64,000 nucleotides of DNA from Solirubrobacterales bacterium (lineage in GTDB: Bacteria > Actinomycetota > Thermoleophilia > Solirubrobacterales > Solirubrobacteraceae): the NCBI GenBank assembly GCA_038251325.1, contig JBBSBL010000006.1:6337-70336 (forward strand), written 5' to 3'. Positions 54,416-63,915 of this stretch are shown here, piece after piece. A model generated the notes under the pieces. It did no database searches. It had not been told where the DNA came from and saw only the letters and a list, made by a program, of their open reading frames with translations. Within the stretch, counting starts at the first letter, position 1, and every line of letters starts with the position of its first letter. Both the position numbers and the translations under genes were made by a program.

Positions 54416-55999
54416 CTACGCGGCGTGCCGGTGGAACCCTGCGCCGGTCTCGACGCCGAGGCGCCCGTCCCACACCCGGCGGCGCAGCTCCGGGGCGGCG
54501 CGGTAGGCGGGGTCGCCGGACTCCTCGCGCAGCGCGTCGAGCAGGGCGAGCACGCGGTCGAGGCCGATCGCGTCGCCCCAGGCGAGGGGTCCGCGCGGGT
54601 GATTGAGGCCGAGGACCATGCCGGCGTCGATGTCCTCCGCGCTCGCCACGCCCTCGCCGAGCGAGAACGCGGCCTCGTTCACGAGCTGGGCGACGATCCG
54701 GCCGAGCACGAGCCCGGGGCCGTCCCCGACCCACTCCGCGCGCAGGCCGAGCGAGGCGAAGAAGCGCTCCGCCGCGGTCGCCGCGGCCCCGCTCGTGCCC
54801 GTGCCGCGGGTGAGTTCGACCACGCCGGTCTCCGCGAGCGGCGGCACGGCGTGGAAGCCGACCGCGCTCCCGCCGGGATCGAGCGCCGCGAGCGAGCCGT
54901 CACCGCAGCACACCGCCTGCGGGCCGCCCTGCAGCGGCTCCTCGCCCTCGCTCGCGCCGCAGTCGAGGATCAGGAACGGAACCTCGCCGGCCGCGACGGC
55001 GGGCGGGGCGGCGTCCCACCCGGCGGCGGCCGCCAACCCGGCCAGCTCGTCGGCGAGCCGGCTCTCCCCGGCGACCACGACGAGCCCGTCGCCTCCGCCG
55101 GCCTTCGGCGCCGCCGGGTCGTCGGGCCGGTGCGCCCCGTCGCGGTAGTCGTGGTAGCCGCGCCCCGCCTTCCGCCCGTGGCGCCCGGCCGCGACCATCC
55201 GGGCCGCGATCGGCGACGGGCGCCAGCGCGGCTCGCCGAAGCTCTGCGCGTAGAAGGAGCGGGACACGTCGAAGCCGACGTCGACCCCGACGAGGTCGGC
55301 GAGCTCGAAGGGCCCCATGCGAAAGCCGGCGGCCCGGCAGATCCGGTCGATCTGCTCGACGCTCGCCTGCCGCTCGCCGAGCGCGCGCAGCGCCTCGAGG
55401 CCGAAGGGCCGGTTGCAGCGGTTCACCACGAACCCGGCGACGTCGGCCGCCCGGATCGCCCGCTTGCCCATCGCCTCGCCGGCGGCCGCGGCCCGGTCGA
55501 GCGCCCACGCCGCCGACTCCTCGCCGGCCACGACCTCGACCAGGCGCATGAGCGGCGCCGGGTTGAAGAAGTGCAGCCCGACGACACGCTCGGGCCGCGG
55601 CACCGGCGCGGCGACCGCGGTGACGAGCAGGGAGGAGGTGTTCGTCGCGAGTACGCAGTCCTCGCCCACGACGGCGGCCACCTGGGCGAAGAGGTCGTGC
55701 TTGACCGCCAGGTCCTCGGGCGCGGCCTCGATCACGACCTCGCAGCCCGCGAGGCCGGCGAGGTCGTGGGCCTCGGTGAGCCGGGCGCGCGCCGCCTCGA
55801 CCGCGCCGGCGTCCCAGCGCCCTCGCTCGGCGCCCTTCGCCAGCGCGGCGCCGACGGCCTCGAGCGCCGCGCCGGTGACCCCCTCCACCGGATCCCACAG
55901 CCGCGTGGCCATCCCGCCGAGCGCCGCCGCCTGCGCGATGCCGCGCCCCATCGTCCCGGCGCCGCAGACGCCGATCCTCGCTGGCGGCTTCCCGGGCAT
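54416..55999 (-). CDS. 3-hydroxyacyl-CoA dehydrogenase (NAD-binding domain plus extended or duplicated C-terminal domains)
   Basis: ATG at 55999. IGVCGAGTMGRGIAQ Rossmann, NTSSL, HFFNPAPLMRLVEV. A second C-terminal-like region contains the motif GPLA. Confidence 0.85.
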   Translation of the reverse strand: MPGKPPARIGVCGAGTMGRGIAQAAALGGMATRLWDPVEGVTGAALEAVGAALAKGAERGRWDAGAVEAARARLTEAHDLAGLAGCEVVIEAAPEDLAVKHDLFAQVAAVVGEDCVLATNTSSLLVTAVAAPVPRPERVVGLHFFNPAPLMRLVEVVAGEESAAWALDRAAAAGEAMGKRAIRAADVAGFVVNRCNRPFGLEALRALGERQASVEQIDRICRAAGFRMGPFELADLVGVDVGFDVSRSFYAQSFGEPRWRPSPIAARMVAAGRHGRKAGRGYHDYRDGAHRPDDPAAPKAGGGDGLVVVAGESRLADELAGLAAAAGWDAAPPAVAAGEVPFLILDCGASEGEEPLQGGPQAVCCGDGSLAALDPGGSAVGFHAVPPLAETGVVELTRGTGTSGAAATAAERFFASLGLRAEWVGDGPGLVLGRIVAQLVNEAAFSLGEGVASAEDIDAGMVLGLNHPRGPLAWGDAIGLDRVLALLDALREESGDPAYRAAPELRRRVWDGRLGVETGAGFHRHAA

Positions 56000-56103
56000 C
56001 GCAGCGGCGACCCTACCGTCAGGGGCGGAACGGCGAATCCCCGGTGTGAGCGAGGTTTGACCAGCCTTGACGACGTCCGCGGCCCCGCCATACGTTCGGC
56101 GCC

Positions 56104-57324
56104 ATGGCGCCACGTGTCGCAGCGGTCGGACTGGTCGGACTCCTCGTTGTGCTGATCGCCGCGGGCGGCGCGCACGCCGCCGGCTCGCGACGGACACACC
56201 AGGCTCCCATCCCGCACTTCGCGAAGAACCTCGTCGCCGTGCCGGCGGGCGGGACGGCGACGATCACGGGGCGCGGGAAGCGCAGGGGCACCCGTCTCCG
56301 CCGTGCGACGAGCGTCGGTTTCGGCGCGACCATCGACGCGACGAAGGGCACCGTGCGCCTGATCGCCGCGGCGTCCTCGCGCGGCCATGCGACCTGGGAG
56401 GCGAAGGCCGACGGCGGCGCGTTCACGATCGCCCAGTCGAAGGGAGCCAAAGGCGAGGTCGAGCTGCGGCTCGCCGGCGGTGGACTCACCTGCCGCGCGC
56501 CCTACGGCTCCGCGAAGGCGAGCCGCACGCTGCGCGTCCGCACGAGTGGGCGGTTCACGACCCGCACGTGCTTCGGCCGGGTTCGGCTCAAGACCCCGGC
56601 GCGCGCCCCGACGGCGTCCGCCGCCGCGGCCTCGCCGACGTGGACGGTCGTCGAGTACCCCAACGGCTGGCGCATCCGCTACGTCGGCCCGCTACTGCTC
56701 GAGGTGACGGACCTCACGACTGGCAAGGTCCAGCTCGTGAGGTCGCGCTTCCTCTACGACTACATCTACAGCCGGCGTCCACTGCTGCCGCCGACGACGC
56801 TGCCGACGACCCCCGGCGTCACCCAGGACCCGCTCGGCGACCTGCTTCCCTGCCCTTACCAGGGCCCGTGCACCGAGGTCGACCTCAAGTCGGCCTCCGC
56901 GGCCGGCGCCGGCGGCCAGGTGACCTTCACGGTCGAGGGCTACACCGCGTTCACCGACGCGGCGTCGTATCCGGTCTTCGAGGTGTGGACAACGAAGCCG
57001 ACGGGCGGGGCGGCGCATGACTACGACCTCGACCCGTGCCTGGACCCCGGCTGCCTGGCGCCCGTCCGCATACGGCACTATCTCGACGGGCCGCCCTACT
57101 CCGTGGTCGCGGGAGCCGGATCGGTTACCCACCCGAGCCCGAACGTCGTCACGCTCACGGTGCCCCTCTCGGCCCTGGGCGGGGGAACGAGCTTCTCCTG
57201 GGTCGCCGGGTCGTTCGCGTGCGGCTTCGTCGACCGGGTTCCCGATATCGGCGCGATCGCCTACCCGTCGGCCGGGGCCGCCGCGCTCAGGCCGCGCCGG
57301 CCGATCGCCACGGCGGCCTGTTGA
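56104..57324 (+). CDS. Secreted hypothetical protein
   Basis: Signal peptide (..LIAAGGAHA/AG). 406 aa, beta-rich, several Cys pairs. I recognise no family motif. Confidence 0.55.
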   Translation: MAPRVAAVGLVGLLVVLIAAGGAHAAGSRRTHQAPIPHFAKNLVAVPAGGTATITGRGKRRGTRLRRATSVGFGATIDATKGTVRLIAAASSRGHATWEAKADGGAFTIAQSKGAKGEVELRLAGGGLTCRAPYGSAKASRTLRVRTSGRFTTRTCFGRVRLKTPARAPTASAAAASPTWTVVEYPNGWRIRYVGPLLLEVTDLTTGKVQLVRSRFLYDYIYSRRPLLPPTTLPTTPGVTQDPLGDLLPCPYQGPCTEVDLKSASAAGAGGQVTFTVEGYTAFTDAASYPVFEVWTTKPTGGAAHDYDLDPCLDPGCLAPVRIRHYLDGPPYSVVAGAGSVTHPSPNVVTLTVPLSALGGGTSFSWVAGSFACGFVDRVPDIGAIAYPSAGAAALRPRRPIATAAC

Positions 57325-57336
57325 GGCGCCGCGCCC

Positions 57337-58497
57337 TCAGCTCGGCACGAGCGCGTTGATGCCCGTCGCCGCGCGCCCGATGATGAGCTTCTGGATCTGC
57401 GTCGTGCCCTCGTAGAGCGAGGTGACCCGAACGTCGCGGTAGAAGCGCTCGACCGGATGGTCGTCCACGTAGCCGGCGCCGCCGTGGACCTGGATCGCGA
57501 GGTCCGCGCAGTTCTTCCCGGCCTCGGTCGCGTAGAGCTTCGCGATCGAGGTCTCCGTGGTCGACGGCTTGCCCTGGTCCTTCAGCGCGCCCGCCCGGTA
57601 GACGAGCATCCGCGCCGCGTCGGTCTGCACGACCATGTCGGCGATCATCGCCTGCACGAGCTGGAAGGCGGCGATCGGGCGGTCGAACTGCGTGCGCTCC
57701 TTCGCGTAGCTCACCGACTCCTCGACGCACGCCTGGCAGATCCCCACGCACCCGGCGGCGACCGAGTAGCGGCCGGAGTCCAGCGCGCTCATCGCGACCT
57801 TAAAGCCGTCGCCCACCTCGCCGAGCAGCGCGTCCTCGCCGACCTCGACCTCGTCGAGCGCGAGCGACGCGGTGTCGGAGCCGTGGAGTCCCATCTTGTG
57901 CTCGATGAGCTGCGAGGTGAACCCCGGATGGTCGGTGTCGACGAGGAAGCAGGCGAGCCCGCGGTGCTTCAGGGCCGGATCGGTCTGAGCGAAGATCAGC
58001 GCGACCTTCGCGTGGTTGCCGAGCGAGATCCACATCTTGCCGCCCGTGATCGACCAGCCGCCGTCGATCTTCTTCGCGCGCGTCTTCTGGTTCGCGGCGT
58101 CGGAGCCGGTGTCGGGCTCGGTGAGCCCGAAGCACCCGAGCCACTCCCCCGTGCAGAGCTTCGGGAGGTAGGTCTGCTTCTGCTCCTCGGTGCCCCAGCG
58201 CAGAATCGAGGAGCACACGAGCGAGGTCTGGACCGAGATCACGGTGCGCATCGCCGAGCAGCCGCGGCCGATCTCCTCGACCACGATCCCGTAGGTGAGG
58301 TAGTCCAGGCCGGCGCCGCCGTACTCGCGCGGGACGATCGCCCCGAGGTAGCCCTGGTCGGCGATCTTGCCGACGAGGTCGACGTCGAAGTGGTGGTTGC
58401 GGTCGTTCTCCCGCGCGCGGGCCCAGATCTCCTTGTCGGTGAACTCGCGAGCGGTGCGGCGGATGAGCTGCTGCTCGTCGGTGAGGTCGAAGTCCAT
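57337..58497 (-). CDS. Acyl-CoA dehydrogenase
   Basis: GCFGLTEPDTGSD, the ACAD middle domain and a C-terminal ..QVHGGAGY..D.PVERFYRD..V..LYEGT..IQ. Confidence 0.9.
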   Translation of the reverse strand: MDFDLTDEQQLIRRTAREFTDKEIWARARENDRNHHFDVDLVGKIADQGYLGAIVPREYGGAGLDYLTYGIVVEEIGRGCSAMRTVISVQTSLVCSSILRWGTEEQKQTYLPKLCTGEWLGCFGLTEPDTGSDAANQKTRAKKIDGGWSITGGKMWISLGNHAKVALIFAQTDPALKHRGLACFLVDTDHPGFTSQLIEHKMGLHGSDTASLALDEVEVGEDALLGEVGDGFKVAMSALDSGRYSVAAGCVGICQACVEESVSYAKERTQFDRPIAAFQLVQAMIADMVVQTDAARMLVYRAGALKDQGKPSTTETSIAKLYATEAGKNCADLAIQVHGGAGYVDDHPVERFYRDVRVTSLYEGTTQIQKLIIGRAATGINALVPS

Positions 58498-58559
58498 GCG
58501 GGTCCTTGGCTGGCGGGGACGGGCGGGGCACGAGGGTATCCGCCGCTAGCCTCCTGCGC

Positions 58560-59882
58560 ATGACGCGCGAGACCCGCTATGCCTACAGCGGCGACGTCGC
58601 GATCGCCTACCAGGTGGTGGGCGAGGGCGACCGCGACCTCGTGCTGGTGCCGAACTGGATCAACCAGATCGAGCACCTGTGGAACGAGCCCTCGGTGGCG
58701 CACTGGCTCGAGCGGCTGTCGGGCTTCGGGCGGCTGATCATGTTCGACCGCCGCGGGACGGGGCTGTCCGAGCGGCTGGTCTCGTCGGTGGCGCTCGAGG
58801 ACCAGATGGAGGACGTCAGGGCCGTGATGGACGCCGCGGGGTCCGAGCGCGCTACGCTCGTCACCCTGGCGGAGGGGTCGCTCATGAGCCTGCTCTTCGC
58901 CGCCTCCCACCCCGACCGGGTCGAGGCGATGGTCCTCTGCTCGCCGATCGCCGCCCACGTCACCAACGACGAGATCACTTGGACCTTCACGCCCGAGGAG
59001 CGGGTCGCCTGGTTCGCGGGGCTCGAGCAGGCATGGGGCACCGGGCGGATGGCGGCGCACCTCGCGCCGTCGCTGGCCGACGACGAGCGTTTTCGCCTGT
59101 GGTTCGCCGCGCTGGAGCGGCTGACCACCACCCCGCGCGGCTTCCGGCGCCTGCGCGAGTCCGACTGCGCTGACATCCGCCCGATCCTCGCCTCGATCAC
59201 CGTCCCGACGCTGATCCTCAACCGGACCGGCAACACGCAGGTCGTCGCCGATCACGCGCGGTTCCTGGCCGAGCGGATCCCGTGCGCACGGCACGTCGAG
59301 CTCCCCGGCGACGACACCCTGCCGATGACGGGCGACGCCGACGCGATGATGGACGAGATCGAGGAGTTCCTCACGGGATCCCGGTCGGCGCGCGACCCCG
59401 ACCGGATCCTCGCCACCGTGCTCTTCACCGACATCGTCGAGTCCACTCGCCTGGCCGCGGAGCTCGGCGACCGCCGCTGGCGCGACGTCCTGGCCGCGCA
59501 CGACGACGTCGTCGCGCGCGAGATCGAGCGTTATCGGGGGAGGCTCATCAAGAGCACGGGCGATGGCGTGTTCGCCACCTTCGACGGCCCGGCCCGCGCG
59601 ATCCGCAGCGCCGAGGCGATCCGCGCGGCGGTGCGCGGCCTCGGCGTCGAGATGCGCGCCGGGCTCCACACCGGCGAGTGCGAGGTGATCGGCGACGACG
59701 TCGGCGGCCTCGCCGTCCACATCGGCGCCCGGGTGGGAGCGGCGGCGGCCCCGGGCGAGGTGCTCGTCTCCGGCACGGTCAAGGACCTCGTCGTCGGCTC
59801 GGGCCTGGCCTTCGGCGATCGCGGCACGCGCGAGCTGCGCGGCGTGCCCGGCGAGTGGCGGCTGTTCGCCGTCGAGAGCTGA
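58560..59882 (+). CDS. Alpha/beta-hydrolase-fold domain fused to a class III adenylate/guanylate cyclase domain (LipJ-like architecture)
   Basis: The N-terminal domain has FDRRGTGLS. The C-terminal domain has ATVLFTDIVESTRL, IKSTGDGVFATF, GLHTGECEV and GLAVHIGARV. Confidence 0.85.
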   Translation: MTRETRYAYSGDVAIAYQVVGEGDRDLVLVPNWINQIEHLWNEPSVAHWLERLSGFGRLIMFDRRGTGLSERLVSSVALEDQMEDVRAVMDAAGSERATLVTLAEGSLMSLLFAASHPDRVEAMVLCSPIAAHVTNDEITWTFTPEERVAWFAGLEQAWGTGRMAAHLAPSLADDERFRLWFAALERLTTTPRGFRRLRESDCADIRPILASITVPTLILNRTGNTQVVADHARFLAERIPCARHVELPGDDTLPMTGDADAMMDEIEEFLTGSRSARDPDRILATVLFTDIVESTRLAAELGDRRWRDVLAAHDDVVAREIERYRGRLIKSTGDGVFATFDGPARAIRSAEAIRAAVRGLGVEMRAGLHTGECEVIGDDVGGLAVHIGARVGAAAAPGEVLVSGTVKDLVVGSGLAFGDRGTRELRGVPGEWRLFAVES

Positions 59883-59888
59883 AGCCGG

Positions 59889-61049
59889 CTAGACCGCCTC
59901 GATGACCGTCGCGAGCCCCTGCCCGACGCCGATGCACAGGGTCGCGAGCCCGTAGCGGCCGCCGCGGGCGCGGAGCTCGTGGGTGAGTGTGCCGACGAGG
60001 CGCGCCCCGCTCGCGCCGAGCGGATGGCCGAGGGCGATCGCCCCGCCGTTGACGTTCAGCCGCTCCTCGGGAATCCCGAGCTCGCGCACGCAGGCCAGCG
60101 CCTGGGCGGAGAAGGCCTCGTTGAGCTCGACGAGGTCGAGGTCGGCGACCGTGAGGCCGGCGCGCTCCAGCGCCTTGCGGCTGGCGGGAATCGGCCCGAG
60201 CCCCATGACCGCCGGGTCGACGCCCGCGGCGGCGCTCGCCACGACCCGCGCCAGCGGCGCTCGCCCGATCCGTTCCGCGCCCTCCGCCGAGGCGACGACC
60301 ACGCAGGCCGCGCCGTCGTTGATCGGCGAGGCGTTCCCGGCGGTCACCGTCCCATCCTCGCGGAAGATCGTGCGCAGGCCGGCGAGGCGCTCGGCCGTCG
60401 TGTCCCCCCGCGGGCCCTCGTCGTCAGCGGTCTCGCCGACCGGCGCGATCTCCCGGCGCAGCGTCTCCCGGGCGGCGATCGCCCGCTCGTGGGAACGCAA
60501 CGCGAAGGCGTCCTGGTCGGCGCGGGCGACCGCGTGGCGCTCGGCGACGTTCTCCGCCGTCTCGCCCATCGACTCCGTCGAGTAGGGCATGCGCGGGTTC
60601 ACGAAGCGCCAGCCGATCGTCGTGTCGACGAGATCGATCCCGCCGCGCGGGAAGCCGCGCTCGGGCTTGAGCGCGACGAGTGGCGAGCGGCTCATCGACT
60701 CCACGCCGCCGGCGAGCACGAGCTCGGCGTCGCCGACGGCCACGAGCCGCGCCGCCTGGTTCACGGCCTCGAGTCCGGACGCGCAGAGGCGGTTGACGGT
60801 CACGCCCGGCACCTCGACCGGGAACCCGCAGAGCAGCGCGGCCATCCGGGCCACGTTGCGGTTGTCCTCCCCGGCCGCGTTGGTATCGCCGAGGATCACG
60901 TCGTCGATGTCCGCGGGGTCGATCCCGTTGCGCTGCACGGCCGCGGCCAGGACGTGGGCCGCGAGGTCGTCCGGGCGCACCTTCGCCAGCGCCGCGCCGT
61001 AGCGGCCGAACGGCGTGCGGACCATGTCGAGGATGAGCGCGTCGCGCAT
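59889..61049 (-). CDS. Acetyl-CoA C-acetyltransferase (thiolase)
   Basis: Active-site [32 protein letters not shown]. Confidence 0.9.
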   Translation of the reverse strand: MRDALILDMVRTPFGRYGAALAKVRPDDLAAHVLAAAVQRNGIDPADIDDVILGDTNAAGEDNRNVARMAALLCGFPVEVPGVTVNRLCASGLEAVNQAARLVAVGDAELVLAGGVESMSRSPLVALKPERGFPRGGIDLVDTTIGWRFVNPRMPYSTESMGETAENVAERHAVARADQDAFALRSHERAIAARETLRREIAPVGETADDEGPRGDTTAERLAGLRTIFREDGTVTAGNASPINDGAACVVVASAEGAERIGRAPLARVVASAAAGVDPAVMGLGPIPASRKALERAGLTVADLDLVELNEAFSAQALACVRELGIPEERLNVNGGAIALGHPLGASGARLVGTLTHELRARGGRYGLATLCIGVGQGLATVIEAV

Positions 61050-61111
61050 CGCGCGGCGATCCTACGTCGTCATCCGCGGGGCAGGGGAGGGGCAGCGGTA
61101 CGCTTGGGCCC

Positions 61112-61492
61112 GTGGACGGCTTCGCCCTCGTCATGTTCGGGGGGATCGGCGCGATCGTGCTCGTCCTCTACCTGATCGGCCGCTTCTATCCGGGGAGCGG
61201 GGCCGACGTGCTCGACTGGGATCCGCGCGACCTCCAGGAGCGCAAGCTCGCCGCCGAGGCCGACGATCTCGAGCAGATGCTCGAGGCCCGCAACGCCCGG
61301 CGCCGCGCCCGCGGCGAGCCGGAGCTGACCGAGGAGGACCTCCACCGGCGGGTGGCCGAGGACCGCCACGCGCTCGATGCCCGCCGCGAGGACTACCTCG
61401 CCGACCAGGACGAGGCCGAGATGCGCGAGGCGATCGCCGCGCGCCGGGCGGCGAGAGCGGCGCGCCGCGGCGCGGAGACCCCGCCGCAGTAG
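61112..61492 (+). CDS. Hypothetical membrane-anchored protein with a highly charged helical tail
   Basis: GTG start and an N-terminal TM (FALVMFGGIGAIVLVLYLIG), followed by a Glu/Arg/Asp-rich region. ORF-level support only. Confidence 0.45.
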   Translation: MDGFALVMFGGIGAIVLVLYLIGRFYPGSGADVLDWDPRDLQERKLAAEADDLEQMLEARNARRRARGEPELTEEDLHRRVAEDRHALDARREDYLADQDEAEMREAIAARRAARAARRGAETPPQ

Positions 61493-61499
61493 CCCCCCC

Positions 61500-62024
61500 A
61501 TGGCCCGGGTCCTGATCGTCGGCTGCGGCTGTCGCGGGCAGGGGCTCGCCCGCTCGCTGCGCGCCGACGGCCACGCCGTCCGCGGCACGACGCGCGACCG
61601 GGCCCGCGCCGCCGCGATCGCGACCGCCGGCGCCGAGCCCTACGTCGGCGACCCCGACCGGATCGCCACGCTCACCTACGCGCTGGACAACGTCACGATC
61701 CTCTGCTGGCTGCTGGGGAGCGCGACCGGTCCCGACCCCGCGCTCCGCGCCCTGCATGGCCCACGGCTGAAGATGCTGCTCGAGCGCGCGATCGACACGA
61801 CGATCCGCGGGATCGTCTACGAGACGGCCGGCACGGTGGCGCCCGACGTCCTGGCGGAGGGCCGCGCGGCGGTCGCACGCGCCTGTGCGTACTCGGAGAT
61901 CCCGCACGCCTTCCTCGACGCCGACCCCGCCGACCCCCCGCGCTGGCTGGCGGCGGCCCGTGCGGAGATCGATGGCCTGCTGGGCTGCGCTACACTCGCC
62001 GCCGATACGCCTGAAACTCGATAG
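61500..62024 (+). CDS. NAD(P)-binding Rossmann-fold protein (short)
   Basis: ATG at 61500. MARVLIVGCGCRGQGLARSL fits GxGxxG. 174 aa. Confidence 0.6.
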   Translation: MARVLIVGCGCRGQGLARSLRADGHAVRGTTRDRARAAAIATAGAEPYVGDPDRIATLTYALDNVTILCWLLGSATGPDPALRALHGPRLKMLLERAIDTTIRGIVYETAGTVAPDVLAEGRAAVARACAYSEIPHAFLDADPADPPRWLAAARAEIDGLLGCATLAADTPETR

Positions 62025-62052
62025 GGATTCACCCCCCGGGAGGTCCGAGACC

Positions 62053-62895
62053 GTGGCCGAATATGCGAAGGACGTGCTGGTGGAGCCCGAGTGGCTCGAG
62101 GCGCACCTCGAGGACGACGCGATCCGCATCGTGGAGGTCGACGAGAACCCGGCCCTCTACCAGGAGGCCCACATCCCGGGCGCGATCGGCTTCGACTGGA
62201 AGACCGACCTGCAGGACCAGGTCCGCCGCGACTTCCTCGGGCCGAAGGACTTCGGCGAGCTCTTCGGGCGCCACGGGATCTCCAACGACCACCTCGTGAT
62301 CCTCTACGGGGATCGCAACAACTGGTTCGCGGCCTACACCTACTGGTACCTGAAGTACTACGGCCACGACAACGTGAAGCTGCTCAACGGCCCCCGCGAG
62401 CGCTGGATCTCCGAGAACCGCCGGACGACGACCGACGTCCCGAGCCACGCGGCGGCGACGTTCACCGCACAGGCGGGGAACCCGGCGATCCGCGCGGTGC
62501 GCGAGGAGGTCACCGCCGCGCTCGACGCCGGCACGAGCCTCGTCGACGTGCGCTCCCCGCAGGAGTTCTCCGGCGAGCTCATCGCGATGCCCGGCTACGA
62601 GCAGGAGGGCGCGCAGCGCGCCGGCCACATCCCGGGCGCCGCGTCGGTGCCCTGGGCCCAGGCCGTCCAGGAGAACGGGACCTTCAAGTCCGCCGACGAG
62701 CTCCGCGAGCTCTACACCGGCAAGGGCGTGCTGAACGGCGGCCCGATCATCGCCTACTGCCGCATCGGCGAGCGCTCGGCACACACGTGGTTCGTCCTGC
62801 ACGAGCTGCTCGGCCACGACGACGTGAAGAACTACGACGGCTCGTGGACCGAGTGGGGCAACCTCGTGGGCGTGCCGATCGAGAAGGACGTCTAG
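62053..62895 (+). CDS. Thiosulfate/3-mercaptopyruvate sulfurtransferase (tandem rhodanese)
   Basis: Two rhodanese domains with the active-site loop CRIGERSAHTW. GTG at 62053. Confidence 0.9.
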   Translation: MAEYAKDVLVEPEWLEAHLEDDAIRIVEVDENPALYQEAHIPGAIGFDWKTDLQDQVRRDFLGPKDFGELFGRHGISNDHLVILYGDRNNWFAAYTYWYLKYYGHDNVKLLNGPRERWISENRRTTTDVPSHAAATFTAQAGNPAIRAVREEVTAALDAGTSLVDVRSPQEFSGELIAMPGYEQEGAQRAGHIPGAASVPWAQAVQENGTFKSADELRELYTGKGVLNGGPIIAYCRIGERSAHTWFVLHELLGHDDVKNYDGSWTEWGNLVGVPIEKDV

Positions 62896-63491
62896 GGCGG
62901 GGCCGGGGCCGGGAGGCCGGCCCCGGCGGCGTCGACCCGCGCGAGCAGGTCGGCCACGATCCGCGCCGTGGCGCCCCAGATGAGCTGCCCCGCCACGGCA
63001 TAGGTGTCGGTGCGGATCGGGACGCCGCGGCGCACGAGCCGCCGGCGCTCGTAGCCGGCGGCGACGTCGGCGATGGGCAGCTCGAGCACCTCGGCGACCT
63101 CGCGCTCGCTGAGCGTCCAGGCCAGCCCGGGCGCGATCACGCCGACGAAGGGGTACACGGCGTAGCCGGTGACGATCGTCGAGGTCGGCTGGAGCGCCCC
63201 GATCAGCTCGACGGCATCGGGCGGCAGGCCGATCTCCTCCTCGGCCTCGCGCAACGCGGTGGCGCGCAGATCCGCGTCGCCGGGGTCACGCCGGCCGCCG
63301 GGGAACGAGACCTCGCCCGGATGGCGGCGCAGATCGTCGCGTCGACGGGTGAAGACCGCGTGGACGCCGTCGGCCGTCGCGAAGAGCGGGACGAGCACGG
63401 CGGCCTGGACGCCGCCGCGGACCGTGAGGCCGGCCGCGACCTCGGCGTCGAGCAGCGAGGGGGCCAGCCGGGTGAGCGCGGCGGCACCCAC
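62892..63491 (-). CDS. NUDIX hydrolase, CoA pyrophosphatase (NudL-like)
   Basis: Nudix box FPGGRRDPGDADLRATALREAEEEIGL, with the GG-to-RE spacing I recall for E. coli NudL. Confidence 0.8.
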   Translation of the reverse strand: MGAAALTRLAPSLLDAEVAAGLTVRGGVQAAVLVPLFATADGVHAVFTRRRDDLRRHPGEVSFPGGRRDPGDADLRATALREAEEEIGLPPDAVELIGALQPTSTIVTGYAVYPFVGVIAPGLAWTLSEREVAEVLELPIADVAAGYERRRLVRRGVPIRTDTYAVAGQLIWGATARIVADLLARVDAAGAGLPAPAPP

Positions 63492-63498
63492 CTCCGCG

Positions 63499-63915
63499 TC
63501 AGACCGCGCCGGCCACCTCGACGCGCTCCTCGAAGGAGACCTCCCCGTCGAGCGTGCGGTGCACCGGGCACTTGGCGGCGATCACCTGGAGGCGCTCGAC
63601 CTGCTCGTCGCTGAGCCCGTCGGGCAGGTGCAGGACGAGCTCGAAGCGGGTCGGGCACCCGCGCTCGGCCGGGGTGTACTCGACCTCGACCTCGACCGGG
63701 CCGAGCTCCCAGCCCTTGCGCTTGGCGTACATCTCGATCGTGACCGCCGTGCAGGAGGCGAGGCTCGCGGCGAGCAGCTCCTGCGGGCTCGGGGCGCTGT
63801 CGTCGCCGCCGGCGTCGATCGGCTCGTCCGCCTCCAGCGAGTGGTCGCGGACCTTGATCAGATGGGAGAACGTGCCGGTGCGCCGGGCGGTGGCCTTCAG
63901 CATGGTGCTTCCCAT
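63499..63915 (-). CDS. OsmC/Ohr-family peroxiredoxin-like protein
   Basis: 138 aa with SLASCTAVT and KCPVHRTL, the two conserved Cys regions. Confidence 0.85.
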   Translation of the reverse strand: MGSTMLKATARRTGTFSHLIKVRDHSLEADEPIDAGGDDSAPSPQELLAASLASCTAVTIEMYAKRKGWELGPVEVEVEYTPAERGCPTRFELVLHLPDGLSDEQVERLQVIAAKCPVHRTLDGEVSFEERVEVAGAV

